A stretch of DNA of 64,000 bases from Vicugna vicugna (lineage: Eukaryota). Position 1 is the stretch's first letter; the number at the start of each line of letters is the position of its first letter. The DNA is taken from NCBI GenBank assembly GCA_013265495.1, contig MU058687.1, positions 3,102,001-3,166,000 of the forward strand, given 5' to 3'. This document shows, in pieces, positions 12,901-23,655 of the stretch. Made by a program: the position numbers and the translations under genes. Below the pieces are notes generated by a model. That model saw nothing but the letters and a program-made list of their open reading frames with translations. It made no database searches and was not told the origin of the DNA.

Positions 12901-13541
12901 GGAAGATGGCCAACATTTTCACCTTCTGCAGTCAGAAGCCTCACTTGCTAGAGATTTGCCATGAAAATAAACTGCTTTTTAGCCAACAATGGAGTTCAAT
13001 GGCAAAAGTTTAGGAGGAATCGAAGCCACTTTTGACCCCAAATCATACGCCTAGCATTGACTTGCTTTGTAAACTTGAGTGAGTTTATCCATCCCTCTGA
13101 AAATGAATCTGTTTCCCCATTTATAAAATAGACACAATAAAGATAAAACTCCCAATCCAGCCCAGCCTTCAAAAATAATAAATTATCACATGATAAAAAG
13201 ACTTAAGAGTTCTTAAAAAAAAACTGAAAGAAATGAATCATCTCAAGAATATAAAGAAGGGCAGAGTTGGTTTTTACAATCCCTCTCTTTCTGAAGGTTC
13301 TTCTCCCATGAAGATTTTTCTAAAGATCAGACCAAAAACACTTCTGAGTCTAACAGACATGGTCAAAAGTGAAGATGTCGAGGATATGAGGGGAAGGGTG
13401 CCCTATGGAAGAGGGTGCAACCTTCAGCAACTGTTCATGGAAACCTACCTGTGAGAGCTCATCATCTTCATCATCAAAGGTGAAAGCCTTGAACTTGGAG
13501 CTATTCCAGTACTCCTCCTCATCACCCTTTGTGCGATTCAT
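912..13541 (-). CDS. VIPAS39: VIPAS39 (VPS33B-interacting protein, SPE-39 homolog), 5' part; 11 coding exons, gene continues past the left edge
   Basis: Spliced translation [66 protein letters not shown]...[12 protein letters not shown] matches recalled VIPAS39. All introns are GT-AG with consistent phases. Head-to-head with AHSA1 as in human. Confidence 0.96.
1156..1353. mobile_element. MER3-like hAT-Charlie DNA transposon relic
   Basis: ccactagccacat...gtgctcgatagctgcatgtggctag...ggacagtgctg resembles the recalled MER3 consensus. Confidence 0.65.
1817..1943 (+). mobile_element. tRNA-derived SINE (Vic-1-like) with (ATAC)n in the tail
   Basis: ggggagggtatagctcagtggtagagcacatgcttagcatgcaggaggtcctgggttcaatccccagcacctcca. 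Confidence 0.85.
3329..3356 (-). CDS. VIPAS39: VIPAS39 coding exon 10 (28-nt micro-exon)
   Basis: FLDRTEELA; cag/gtaagt; needed to bridge phase 2 to phase 0. Confidence 0.88.
3914..3982 (+). repeat. Purine-rich (GGGA/GGAA)n low-complexity tract
   Basis: gggagggagggagggaggaaggggagggaggga... Confidence 0.8.
4545..4750. mobile_element. MIR SINE. Further MIR-like pieces near 9150-9340, 14780-14970, 25070-25290, 32380-32560, 35820-36200, 37680-38080, 39060-39240 and 59620-59780.
   Basis: MIR core cattttacagatgtggcaactga...gtaacttgctcaaggtcac. Confidence 0.7.
4930..5032 (-). CDS. VIPAS39: VIPAS39 coding exon 9 (103 nt)
   Basis: (E)[33 protein letters not shown](R); cag/gtaaga boundaries. Confidence 0.93.
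5543..5576 (-). CDS. VIPAS39: VIPAS39 coding exon 8 (34 nt)
   Basis: [11 protein letters not shown]; tag/gtgagc boundaries, polypyrimidine tract upstream. Confidence 0.9.
6098..6190 (-). CDS. VIPAS39: VIPAS39 coding exon 7 (93 nt)
   Basis: [31 protein letters not shown]; cag/gtgagt boundaries. Confidence 0.93.
6447..7731 (-). mobile_element. Old L1 (L1M) 3' end and ORF2 end
   Basis: Typical antisense L1M text: gaggtataatttacatacaataaaa, agaaactgccagact, tctaggtctatgatccattttga. Confidence 0.8.
7272..7385 (-). mobile_element. Vic-1-like SINE, 5'-clipped, nested in L1
   Basis: Reverse complement of the same family (atggaggtactggggatcaaacccaggacc...ctctaccactgagct). Confidence 0.8.
7735..8207 (+). 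mobile_element. L1 ORF2 fragment, inverted relative to the adjacent piece
   Basis: ORF 8016..8270 reads [20 protein letters not shown]...LTPYTKVNS, typical of L1 ORF2p. Confidence 0.85.
8234..8380 (-). mobile_element. Vic-1-like SINE
   Basis: Reverse copy ending ctctaccactgagctataccctcccccc. Confidence 0.85.
8609..8665 (-). CDS. VIPAS39: VIPAS39 coding exon 6 (57 nt)
   Basis: [19 protein letters not shown], inside ORF 8468..8683; cag/gtaagg boundaries. Confidence 0.93.
9396..9460 (-). CDS. VIPAS39: VIPAS39 coding exon 5 (65 nt)
   Basis: (A)[21 protein letters not shown]; cag/gtgagt boundaries. Confidence 0.92.
9811..9849 (-). CDS. VIPAS39: VIPAS39 coding exon 4 (39 nt)
   Basis: (G)[12 protein letters not shown]; cag/gtaggc boundaries. 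Confidence 0.9.
10025..10662 (-). mobile_element. Old L1 (L1M) 3' fragment
   Basis: Antisense L1 3'UTR and ORF2 end, e.g. gattgctggatcatatggtaattctatgtttaattttttgaggaactg. Confidence 0.82.
10938..11078 (-). CDS. VIPAS39: VIPAS39 coding exon 3 (141 nt)
   Basis: (S)[46 protein letters not shown]; phase 1 to phase 1. Confidence 0.93.
11235..12200 (+). mobile_element. Old L1 (L1M) 3' fragment interrupted by a SINE
   Basis: aaacatatgaaaagatgttcaacctcact, acattgctggtgggagtgaaaa, aattccactctaggaat. Confidence 0.75.
11333..11471 (-). mobile_element. Vic-1-like SINE nested in an old L1
   Basis: Reverse copy with a perfect 13-bp TSD tcaacctcactct (11320-11332 and 11472-11484). Confidence 0.88.
12711..12813 (-). 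CDS. VIPAS39: VIPAS39 coding exon 2 (103 nt)
   Basis: [34 protein letters not shown]; cag/gtaagt boundaries. Confidence 0.95.
13449..13541 (-). CDS. VIPAS39: VIPAS39 coding exon 1 (93 nt)
   Basis: cag|ATG...CAG|gtaggt; [31 protein letters not shown]. Confidence 0.95.
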
Positions 13542-16310
13542 CTGGAGTGAGGGGAAGACAGATGTATGTCCCATTTTGGATTCCCTCTGAAAGAGCTCCA
13601 AAAGCTTCAGGTTCCTAGACTACAAATTCCCCCCTACCCCAGTAATCAGGGATGTATGAAAGTATTTGGTAAAGCAAATACTGAACATGCCATACAAAAT
13701 CAGATCCCTGGGTCTCCAGACAATCAAATCACACCTTTGATCCTCTAACTACCCACAAGTAGTCACTCATTCCTAGAGCAGCTACTTTGTTCACAGCACT
13801 CTCTCAGGTACTATAAGGGAAGGTTAAGTGCAAAACATAATCTCCCTCTGAAGGACCCTACAACAGACCTGGAGTATTCAGCATAGGTATGCATAAAGGT
13901 AAGAGTACAAGGCAGGCAAGAGTTTAAAGAACGCATCACAAACCTTGCTGAATATACAAGATCAAAAAATTAAAGCATGAACAAAGTAGATAATAATTGC
14001 ATTCGTGTACTCAACATGTATCTATTGAGTGCCATCTCTGAGGCATTGTTCTAGGCTCTGGGAATACTACAGTAAACAAAACTGACAGATACCTTGCCCT
14101 CATGTGTGCTTGTTAAAAGCCTGAAAGCAAGCAAGCAATTAAAAGAAGCTGAATTATCTTGCTGTATCTTCAAATAATGGTTAATTTATTTTAAAGTATT
14201 GGCCAAAATTGGGGAAATGAGAGAATGGCCAAAAAGGAAGTATATAAAGAATTAGTCAAAACACCGTAAGTTTCTCTCATAACTACTCTAAAATTAGAAT
14301 TCACCCTAAAAAAAGTTTTACCTTACAAACTAAACTATCAATGCCAACTGGATTAGAGTGAAAACTTATTTACATCAAGATCTAGGTACCAAAAACTTCC
14401 ACAGCACCAAAAATAACTCCAAAGACTACAGAGGGTCAAATTCTAAAGGTGCAATTTGCTTTTTCTTTGATTTTGATAGCATCCTTCTCAACAGAAGCTT
14501 AAAAAACATTCATCATGGCAGCCCTATTGAGGTTCCCAATGGTCCTTAAAATACTCTGCTCTCACTTACTGATTCTGTTTTCAGGGGATCTAGGGACGGT
14601 AAAGTTAGGATGAGAATTTTCTACTATCCGATCCCTTTCCATGGCAGACATCACTAATTGATTTCTACTGAACCCACGTGTGGCTTTAAAATCCTTTTGT
14701 ATATTTAATTCCAGGAAGTCAAAACCAAATTGCAAAGCTTGAAGACACAATGAAATTACCCCTTATATTAGTACAAGAATAGGCTTTATAGTCAGGCAGA
14801 CTTGATTTCAGATCTTGGCTTCTCCAATTTTGGGAAAACTGGATAAATAATTTTATTTCGAAGCCTTGGAGAAAATGATATCCTACCTCACAGGGCTGCA
14901 GTGAAGAATAAATAGAACTCAAGAAACACATAACAAAGTGCCTAGCAGAAGGTAAGTACTAAATGTTAGTTCCTTTTAGTATAGGATATATTCTGCCATC
15001 TTTCTGTCTCATCTTCCTCATCCATAAAATGGGCATAACAATGGAAGCCTACCACTGTAAGACTGTTGTATAAGTACATGTAAAGTACTTACTGCCTGAC
15101 ATAAAATTAATGCTCAGTATTAACTTTTATTATTATGTCAATTGGTATCTTGGAAAAGGCTAGAAAGAAAGTATTTCCAAGCAAGCCCAAAGTTGAAAGA
15201 GAACTAGTTTGATACAAAAATTCTGAGTAGTCATCACAAACACTAAAAGTGTGCATAGAGCATGTAAATGTCTCTGGCACAGGTGCCAGTTAATAAAGCA
15301 CTTTGTAATCCTCAGAACAACCCTATAAAGTAGGCCTGGCATATTCCATTTTACTGATGAGGGAAATAAAGTACAAAAGATTAAGTATCACAGCCATCTT
15401 GCTAACTGCTCCTATAATCCAGGTTTTCTGTCTCCTGGATCATTTCCACTCTGACTTTCATGGTCCTTCTATCACTCTAGGGAAAATGAGGGCAGGTTAT
15501 TACTCTACTACAGTAAATAAGTATTCATAAATATCTACAGATTGGCATAGAATGTGCCTAACAAACCCAATAATGCACCAGAGGACTTACGGAATCTTTT
15601 TAAACCATGCAATAGCAAGTGGACACTTGACATCAATATGTACTAGTACCGCCAAGTTAAAACGTATATTTACTTAGCATGTAAAAAGATGATTTAATAG
15701 TTCTAGAATTTATAAAGCAACCAGGTAAAATTTTAAGAATGACTGAGAAAGGTGCTTCAACATGATTTAAAATACTTCAAAGGCTTATCCTTGTCACCTG
15801 TTTACTGAGAGCCCACAACATAGGATAGTAGATCCGAGGGGAGAACAGGAACATGACAAAAGAAGGAAAACGACTCAGCCAAAAAATATCCACAACCAAC
15901 ACGCTCCCTGCCTAAAGACACCTCAGCATCCAGCTACTGAGAAGTCATATTCAGATTCATTTATCATCTCCCGCGCCAGGCCTACACAGGTGAGGTTACG
16001 AACTGAGACATGGAAATGTGGGTTAAACTAGGAAGACTCTGTGGGCGAACGTCCAAGAAGCAGGGATCTACTGCAGGGGCCAGAGCCCCGCGGAACCCTC
16101 GGAGAGTAAATACTCATTCAAAATCAGATGTCGGGGCTCACACGCAGCCCCAACCACGAGCGTACACCCGCTCCCAGACCAGGGGTCGCTGCGACTGGAA
16201 GAGAGGCCTGAGGTCAAGGGACGCCTCAGAGAATAAGAGGGAAAGGATATGGATGCGGAGAAGCCGGACTCAGTTACATACGTGGCCCAAGGGGTTTGGG
16301 ACACCCTCAC

Positions 16311-16500
16311 CTCTTCCACACCGAGCCCTCCCTTTCAGGTCAGCGCCAGACTCTTCCGCCGCTGGACCAGCTTTTCTAGACAGGATATGCGGCATAGAAA
16401 ACGGGCGGAAGGGGATAGTCGCGGGTGGGGATGGTGGGTACCGTGGATCAAGAAAGAGGCCGCAGAGCATGCTGGAATCTGTAGTTCCTTCCGCCTCGGC
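16311..16500 (-). other. VIPAS39: Probable non-coding first exon of VIPAS39 (5' end approximate)
   Basis: Minus-strand donor GAG|GTGAGG at 16311/16310 inside the CpG island. The first coding exon starts with ATG directly after its acceptor, so an upstream exon is required. Confidence 0.65.
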
Positions 16501-17018
16501 CATAAGGCGCAGTTCGGACGGGACACGGAGGCCTTTGAACTACAATTCCCAGAACTCACAGCGCACCGTGCCTAGGTTGTTTCCTCTACTTTTAGCTCGA
16601 CCTTTCGTGGTTATCCAGCGGGTCACTCAACAAGACTACAACTCCCATAAGGCTCAGCAGGCTCGTTTCAGGGTTCAGGGCTACAATGAGACGTGTCCTT
16701 TGGGTCTGTACGGGTGAAGAATGGTCGTGTGAGCGGTTGCATTTCGGTCTTCTTAGGGGATAACCAGAGGAGTTTGAAGGAACCCTAGAACTGGCGGAAG
16801 CTCAAGTCCTGCGAGGTGGAACGGAAGTACCGGGTGGGAGTGAGGAGGAGCCGGAAGTTAAGGCGGGGAGGGGGCGGGGGGTGGAGGGAAAAGCAAGCCG
16901 GGAGGATCTGAGGCCGCTTCTAGTAGTTTCCAGGCACTGCCGGGCGGCTGGGACCGGGCGGTCCTGAGGCTCTGGCTGTGGCTGCTCAGGAGCTGGTGGC
17001 GGCGCGATAGGAGAGCCG

Positions 17019-17098
17019 ATGGCCAAGTGGGGCGAGGGCGACCCACGCTGGATCGTGGAGGAGCGGGCGGACGCCACCAACGTCAACAACTGGCATTG
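17019..17098 (+). CDS. AHSA1: AHSA1 exon 1 coding part
   Basis: gagccgATGG start; MAKWGEGDPRWIVEERADATNVNNWH; donor gtgagg. Confidence 0.96.
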
Positions 17099-20000
17099 GT
17101 GAGGGCAAGCGGGGCCAGGCCGCGGGAGCTCTACGGCCGGGCCAGGGTTGCAGGGGCCCTGGGGCCCTGGAACCTCTGCTGGGACAAAGCTGGGGCCGAG
17201 GAAGCCCTGCCTGCCGGGAGATGGGCGTGGGTCCTTCCAGTTGCTGGGGTCCATATTCCCAAACTCCTCCATCCTCCGTTTCAGTTTGGGGCGGGGCGCG
17301 GTGCGAGGGGACGACGTGCGAGGGGACGACATGAAGGGCTGTGCCCCAGAGGAGAGGTTTCAGCGATTCGGGAACGTAACTCCCTGGCTGCTGCATCCAT
17401 CCAGCCTGAACAGAAATGCTTCCCACACGTGGCCGGAGGAGTCAGTGAGACCCAAACCGCCGTGGATTGTGTTGGGAGATTGCAGTGTTAGGCTCCGTGG
17501 GGTTGGAATTCCTATTTTTCGGCTTATGGGTGGAATTAAAAGTCAGTCATAGGAGACAACTGCCTCAGTCCAGAAGGCTAAGGTTTGGAACGTGTGCAGG
17601 TGCTCAGAGCTTAGTTAGTGATGCTGAAGGCGCCATGGCCTCTCACCCGGAACTATTAAGTCGGTTGCACTGTAACTCCAGGGACTGCCCCGGTTGCCGG
17701 GCAATCATGGTTTTATAACCTAACCACTCTTAAAAGTCTGCCTTTCTTCATTGAAATCCTCCAGAAGTCATGTTTCCTTATCTTTTAATTCTGTTGAACT
17801 TTGTTCATACCGTCTTTACTGTATTTTTACTTTGTTGCAGCTCTTTTTGCTGTTTCCTCTACTAGTTAGTAAAGTGGGAGGCATATAGTTTTTCTTCTCT
17901 ATATCTCAGTCCGTCTCCTCTTTTCTTAAGATAGAGTACTTGACTTAATTTTTGTTTATTTTGAAGCCCTGGACTTTTATTGTTTTTATGGTCATTTAGA
18001 GGGCACAGAATGTGTAGGGCATTTATAGCACAGCCTGAATGTGACAGGTCAAAACATTGTGCTAATTGGTTTATTCTTTATGGGACTTCTTAGCTCAATA
18101 CTCCATTCAATGGCCGGCTGTGTGCTGGACCTCAGCAAGATGTGCAGTTTCCCACTTGGTCAGACGGGGGCGCCATGTTAAAGTGTCAAGTACTGACCTC
18201 AGCACCATCACGCTGAGAAAGGAAAAGAGAATTTTCCATTTACTTTGTAACTATTCTGTACAGCAGTTGTCTTTATTGACAATATGGGATTCCTGATCTA
18301 AAAGGGTTACACATTTGTGGACATACTGGAGTGCGACTGAGGGTTTTGTGTTCTTTTCAGGGCGCCTTTAGCCTTGGATGCTCTTGCATAGCAGTGTATC
18401 CTTCCTTCGGCTTCTGCTTCATAGCTTTGTTTCTGTTTTGCAGGACAGAGAGGGATGCTTCAAATTGGTCCACAGATAAGCTGAAAACATTGTTCCTGGC
18501 AGTGCAGGTGCAAAATGAGGAAGGCAAGTGCGAGGTGACAGAAGTGAATAAGCTTGATGGAGAGGCATCCATTAATAATCGCAAAGGCAAACTTATCTTC
18601 TTTTACGAGTGGAGCATCAAACTAAACTGGACAGGTAAGTGTGCTCGGCTTTTAGGACAGGGGTTAACTGTCTTTTGACTGACTTGTTCAGGAGCCAGAG
18701 AGGACAGTTTCTGAGAGGTTGTGAGCTTTTTTCAAGGGAGACAGATGGTGCTGCTTTGGAATCCTACAGAAAACAGCATTGGATGTTGAAATTTCTCTGC
18801 CACTTTGGGACACTGAACGAGTTTCCTCTCTGGGTCTCACAAGTTCCCAGTGAAGCATAGAAGGTGACAATTCTCAGACTAGCTATTGCTGTCTCTTGGA
18901 TGATTTAAAAATGTGTAGAGGGGAATTTTTTCTGATTTTTTTTTAACTCTCTCCAGTGTGAGTCTAACAGTTAAGACTGCTGTGCTAATCAGGCTTGTAC
19001 CTGATTATCATTTGGGGCAGTTTTATCCTTTAGCTTTAGCTTAATGTCCCTTCTGTGATGACACTGGCAGAGAACTGGGACCATGCATATGCCTCCCTTG
19101 GGTGGTCCTGACAGTTGGGAGGCTGAATCTTAACACTAAAGGTAAAGGAGTACATGTATGGGTCAAAGCATGAAATAAGTTTGTTTCAGTAAACATTCCT
19201 CAAGTGTACGGTAATAAAGAGGAGAAATGTACATTTATCTGTTGGTTTTTTTTTTTTTTTAACTACTAAAGCACAGTAGTCTAGAAGAAGCCTTAGTATC
19301 ATCTTGCCCAGTCGTCTTTGTATAGGTTGAGAACCTGAGGCCTAGAGAAGTGAAGATAAGTTAAGTGTTTTGTCAGTTAACTTTGAAATTCAGTCGGTTC
19401 TGCTATGACGGGACATTTGTTTCTAAAAATCACTGCATTATGCAGAATCTTGCAGCAAAACCCATGGGGCTTAGAGGGAAAATGGGCTTGGACGTGACAC
19501 AGTACCCAAAAGCTTCATCACTGGCACATTTTTAAAAACTGATAGCACCTTTTTATATATTTTAAGTCATAGAAATACGTAAGTAATATGACAAATATGG
19601 TGCTTTACCTTGAAAAAGACCTGAAGTTTACTTGTGAAAGTGGGCATCAGAAGCATTGAGGCTTGTGGGTTGAGGTGGCAGGAGAGTCACCTAAAATCAG
19701 AGGTAACGTTATAACAATAGTTGTGGATGGCACGGCTCATAACACACATGATGATCTGAGATTGCTGGGAGAGAAATGTTTGAGATGTGTGTGTGTTGTG
19801 TATTCCTGTGCAGCTCTGTTCAGCTGGGTGTGGCTTTCTTTGGGTTCACCTAGTGTTTCTTATGGATGAAATCACATACAAGCAAATGTGAAATTCATGT
19901 TACGATCAAATTGTCCCTTAATACACCAATAGCATTGGAACAAATCTGTATTTTCAAAATAAGCATCCTAGCGGAACTGACTCTATTGGCTGTTGACCAA

Positions 20001-23000
20001 AGCCCTCCCTGACAGAATTCATGCTAGTGCTGTATTTACATAGCTCTTGGTCCAACACTGTAATTACACAGTCTCAAGAAATCTGATAAAGAAGGACATT
20101 TTGGGGCAGGGGCAGCTGGCATGTGGCGTTCTCTCAAAATAAAGAAGGTCATTGCAGTTGTCCAAAAAGAAGTATAAGGAGAGTGGTAGTAGAACTCCAG
20201 AGTAGCAGACTGAAGAGGAGGAGACTAATAGCATTGCATTGGTTTTGACAGGTACCTCTAAGTCTGGAGTCCAGTACAAGGGCCACGTGGAGATCCCCAA
20301 TTTGTCTGATGAAAACAGCGTGGATGAAGTAGAGGTTTGTGCTTCCCAATTCCTCATCTGAATCTTCCACATCTGCTTAGTCTCAGATGATAAAAATGAC
20401 CTATCATTCAGGATTATAGGGCAGGCGTGGCCCAAGCTTTCAGAACCACAGTCTGCAGATGATTTTCTAGGTCTCTGGTACCATTGGGAGCTTCCAGAGC
20501 AGCTTGTGCTTATTTAATTACTTTGCTTTAGCAAGTAACGTGGGTTCTAACGTTAGCCACCTTTGCCTTGGCAGAGAGAACGCGAGAAGGAACGCTCATG
20601 GGGATGTACAAGTAACTCAACCCTCACGTATTTCCTTTGGAAATGTCAGCAATTATGTGATTGCTGAGCACCCACATTCTGCAGTGTAGATGCCCATCGT
20701 GTTATTTACCACCTACTTCTGATCTTTCACTCAGATTAGTGTGAGCCTTGCCAAAGATGAGCCTGACACAAATCTCGTGGCCTTGATGAAGGAAGAAGGG
20801 GTGAGACTTCTAAGAGAAGCAATGGGAATTTACATCAGCACCCTCAAAACAGGTATCTCTTGAGTAGTTACGAATGCCTTGAGGAGGTAGCTTTCTGCCT
20901 GTCAGACTCTAATTAAGGGCTTGACAGTCCTTTCTTTGGCAAATGGGTACAAATAGGGAGAGGCTTATTTCATCTCAGTCAGTCTATAAACTTTGAGAAA
21001 GGGAAAGATCTGGAGAAGCGATGTCTGATACATTGTTTAATTAGCAGTTGAAATGTGGCCAGTCCACACTGAGATGTTAGTATGAAATAAACAATGGGTT
21101 TTGAAGACTTAGTACCAAAAAAAGGAGTGTAAAATATCTTCATAATTTTTTATGTTGATAACATATTGAAATGATAGTTTAGTTGTATTAGGTTAAATAT
21201 ATTAATAAAAATTAACTTCACTTGTTGGTTTTAACTCTTATAGTATAACTACTAGAAAATTTAATATTACGTTTAAGGCTAACATATTTCTCTTGGACTC
21301 ACTGATCTAAAGATTTGATATCCCTAGACTCATCACTTGAGCATAGTCCTGGACTACCTTTGATATGCATTCTTCTGGAACATTTAGAACGTTATTTGAA
21401 TAGTAGTCAGCTCAGCTCTCCTCTGTAATTCCAGTTCTGCCAGTGTGTTCTGATTTTGGTGTCAGAGTACATACAGCCATCAGAGGGAACTAGCACAGAA
21501 GGTGAAAACCTTTTTTGGTAGGAATCAGTGCTCTGACACCGTAACTAGCTGTGGCTTTTCTACAGACGTAAAGCACAGTGGAGAAAGGAGACTAAATATG
21601 CATCCGTAGGTATCTTGCCACACTCTCAAAGTCATTGCAAGTGGCACTACGTTCGTTGGCTACCATCCAGTTGAGTCAGGGGTTTACCATAATCCCAATA
21701 TAACATGCTACATTCTATAGCATACACTCAGATACCTGTCTGAGTACCACAGAGCTGAGATAAAGATGTAAAGTAGATAAACTCTTCCTTTCCTGTCGTT
21801 ACCTCATTCTTGGTTAAGATGGCCATATTTGTCAAACTACAATGAAGCCCCCAATCTCAGCTACTAAGAAATAACTTCCAAGAGCTGGGATTTTGTCTTT
21901 TCAGAGTTCACGCAGGGCATGATCTTGCCTACAATGAATGGAGAGTCAGTGGACCCAGCCAGGCAGCCAGCACTGAAAACTGAGGAGCGCAAGGTAACTG
22001 GTGTTCCCACATGGTGGGGCGGGAGGCTCTCTGGAAAGGCAGTTGAGACACTGTCTCTTCCTTAAGTCCACATCTCAGCTCTTTCTCCCCAACCCTAACC
22101 TCTAAGCCAGAGCAGCTTGTGATCTGCTCGTGGTGCTTTTTAGAGTCCACAGTATGTAACTGTCTGTCTGCCTATCTTTAACCTGGTTTCTATTCATTTA
22201 TAACAGACCCCTAGAGCAAATGGAAGTCATCAGGGATTTCACAGTCTGATTTTTGGTTGCATTTAACACCAGTGAGGGGGTTATGAACATAGAGTGGTCT
22301 TCACCTGTATACATCTTAAGTATTATGTCTAATTGGGGTATTGACATTTCATACTTTGATATTAAAGATCTAATCAAAGTTTCAGGGGTTACTTAGATCA
22401 CTAACTTCACCTGTCAGGAAACTGATGGATTTCACCTGACTTGCAGGCTGAGCGAATATTTTTTCTAGGGATGGAGCTTGTGTGTTTTGGGTTCAGCACG
22501 TGGTTTCCAACCCTGTTTACCTTTTGTCAGCGTGCTGAAGGAAATTATGGGAGGCTCCTTCTGGCCAAGCATAAAATTCTGTCTGAGAATCAAGCAGGGA
22601 TCTAAAGAAATACCTGTAGATTGACTTGTCTTTGGTAGTGAGCTTTTGAGTGTTAGTCTTCCTTCACCTAGAGTGGCATTGAGGAGTATCTGGGAAAGTT
22701 CTTCTCCTGACTGAAACACCCATGCACATAAATTTTCTCTAACCCCCTGAAACAGTTAGCCTGGGAGGTGAAAAACTGTGAGAACGAATGGCAGGGCTGT
22801 CCCTGAAGCCCTTTTAATTGAGGTTTCACCATTACTCTAAACTGACAGTTTCACCACCACTTCCACAGGCTAAGGCTGCTCCTTCAAAACCCCAGGCCAG
22901 ACCTGTTGGTGTCAAAATCCCTACCTGTAAGATCACCCTTAGAGAAACCTTCCTGACATCACCAGAGGAGCTCTACAGAGTTTTTACCACCCAAGAGGTA

Positions 23001-23610
23001 AGTGTAATCTTGTCCTTCCGGCGTCATGGCATCTGCTGTTCCGGGTGACCCATTGTGGGCACATCCCCTCACTGCAGAGGAAGTACTGAGAGGAACCACG
23101 AGGTATTCCTCATATCTGCAGAGGCAAGGGAAAAACACTTTTGTTCAACACATTCATCTGAGTGGATTTGCCTTTTTTCTCTTCTGTACTAGTTTTGGGT
23201 CACGTAAGTGGGAACCACTAGAGTCTTTTCCATTACAAAAGTAAATGGATCCAAAGTACCAGCATAAGGATTCAGAAAAAATTACTCAAGTTGAAGCCTG
23301 GTCTTCAGTGGAACAGAATAGAACTTAAACCTGGTCATTGGGCAGAGTCGTATCTTTGGAAGTGAGAGTTAAGGAGACACATAGGTGTCAGCTGGAGTCT
23401 CTCTCTGGGTCCCACTGAGAGCCACACATCTCCCTACCTCCCTTTTTTTTTTGCAGCTTGTTCAGGCCTTTACCCATGCTCCTGCAATGTTAGAAGCAGA
23501 CAAAGGTGGCAAGTTTCACCTGGTAGATGGCAATGTCTCTGGGGAATTCACTGATCTGGTAAGTACCTGCTAGCCAAGATGTAGTCTCTGTCTGGTTAGA
23601 AGATTAATAT

Positions 23611-23655
<45 letters not shown>

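Larger units (their letters stand above)
16050..17480. promoter_or_regulatory. CpG-island bidirectional promoter shared by VIPAS39 and AHSA1
   Basis: CpG-rich. Three ZNF143/THAP11-type ACTACA..TCCCA motifs (16467-16486 reverse and imperfect, 16539-16554, 16635-16653), three CGGAAG ETS/GABPA cores (about 16795, 16822, 16852), and a GC box at about 16865-16881. Confidence 0.88.

Noticed and set aside
16010..17552. Several 100-235 aa ORFs over the bidirectional promoter
   Set aside because: CpG-island artefacts. Only the minus frame at 16270..16503 was kept, as a possible uORF.
21803..21816. Short cattcttggtta similarity to my recollection of SNORA46
   Set aside because: The match is only about 12 nt and the flanks do not agree. 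It cannot be supported without an Rfam search.
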